A DNA stretch of 64,000 nucleotides from Cenococcum geophilum (lineage: Eukaryota), in NCBI GenBank assembly GCA_050273025.1, contig CP158635.1, positions 2,356,001 through 2,420,000 of the forward strand. The letters are read 5' to 3'. A program made the position numbers and the translations under genes. The notes below the pieces were generated by a model. That model saw only the letters and a program-made list of their open reading frames with translations. It was not told where the DNA came from and ran no database searches. Below, piece by piece: positions 63,232-64,000 of this stretch (position 1 is the stretch's first letter; every line of letters starts with the position of its first letter).

Positions 63232-64000
63232 TATACGGAACGTTAATCCCCTAACGTAAATTTTAACCCAAGTTTATAAGTAATAAGCCAATTAATTTTA
63301 GAGCTTTATTATATAGACTTTAATTAATATATATAAAGATAAGGTTTTCCAGGGGGAGACCCCCTAGGACCCCCCTATATGGAGCTTTTGCTTAATTTAG
63401 AAGTAGTAGTAAGATTAAAGCGCCTTAGTTACTACTAGGTAAAGATCTACTATAGTAACTAAGGCGCCCTACTTAAGCTAGGCTTAAGGATTATATTAGT
63501 TACAAATCTAGTATATATTTAGACTGCAGAGCTTTAATATAAAGCCCTCTATATAGGATCTAATATAGTAGATTATAATTCTAATTTAAAGCTTTATATA
63601 CTAAATATTTTTAATACCTAATAACTAAATCGCCGCATAGCTAGAATTAAAGTAAGTTTATTACCTTAACTTAATTAAATACGTATATAGAAAGAGATAT
63701 AACTATATACAGAGACGTCTAATATAATTAAGTAACTATATTATTACCTACCCAGTTTGGACGTATAACGATGCGATGGCTTAGTAATAACGTAAAAGCT
63801 TAGTGCCGAGTAATAGGAGGGGGGAGAAGGGGGAGGAGATTAGGGGTGGCTTAGCCACTGCAAGAAGGTTATAATATTAGTATAGTATTAAACTTTAAAA
63901 ATTATATCCCGGGAGCTTAATTAACAACCCCTATATAAAATATTAACAACGTTTAATTATAGAGCTTTAAACTGGTAGATCTTTTAGGAATGCCTATTAT
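63232..64000. mobile_element. Unclassified dispersed repeat, copy 2, abutting the LINE-C endonuclease; runs off the window
   Basis: Reverse complement of 8737-9486. Confidence 0.8.

Noticed and set aside
1..64000. Starship/tyrosine-recombinase element, effector gene or RNA gene
   Set aside because: No recombinase motifs, signal-peptide Cys-rich ORF, tRNA or rRNA were recognised; RIP could hide remnants.

Overview
AT-rich block from a filamentous ascomycete genome. It consists almost entirely of nested transposon relics mutated by repeat-induced point mutation (RIP): TpA is in excess, CpA/TpG are depleted, and copies of the same repeat differ mostly by C>T/G>A changes. I found no convincing intact host gene. 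Recognisable elements are five Ty3/Gypsy relics (two full-length with paired LTRs and TSDs), a full-length GalEa-type Copia, a Helitron Rep-PIF1 relic, a pogo/Tigger-type DNA transposon, two Fot1/pogo-type MITEs, five Tad1-like LINE copies of three families, four solo LTRs, tandem repeats and one unclassified repeat present twice. Main points of interest: (1) two different Gypsy families each carry an antisense, intron-containing six-cysteine (Zn2Cys6-like) gene in their 3' region; (2) an ORF1-only LINE has its own tail and TSD; (3) a 44-bp hairpin motif is shared by the 3' UTRs of a Gypsy and a Copia; (4) a GC-rich palindromic minisatellite island largely escaped RIP. Protein motifs were read by eye after reversing RIP changes ('de-RIPed'), so they are reconstructions, not database hits.
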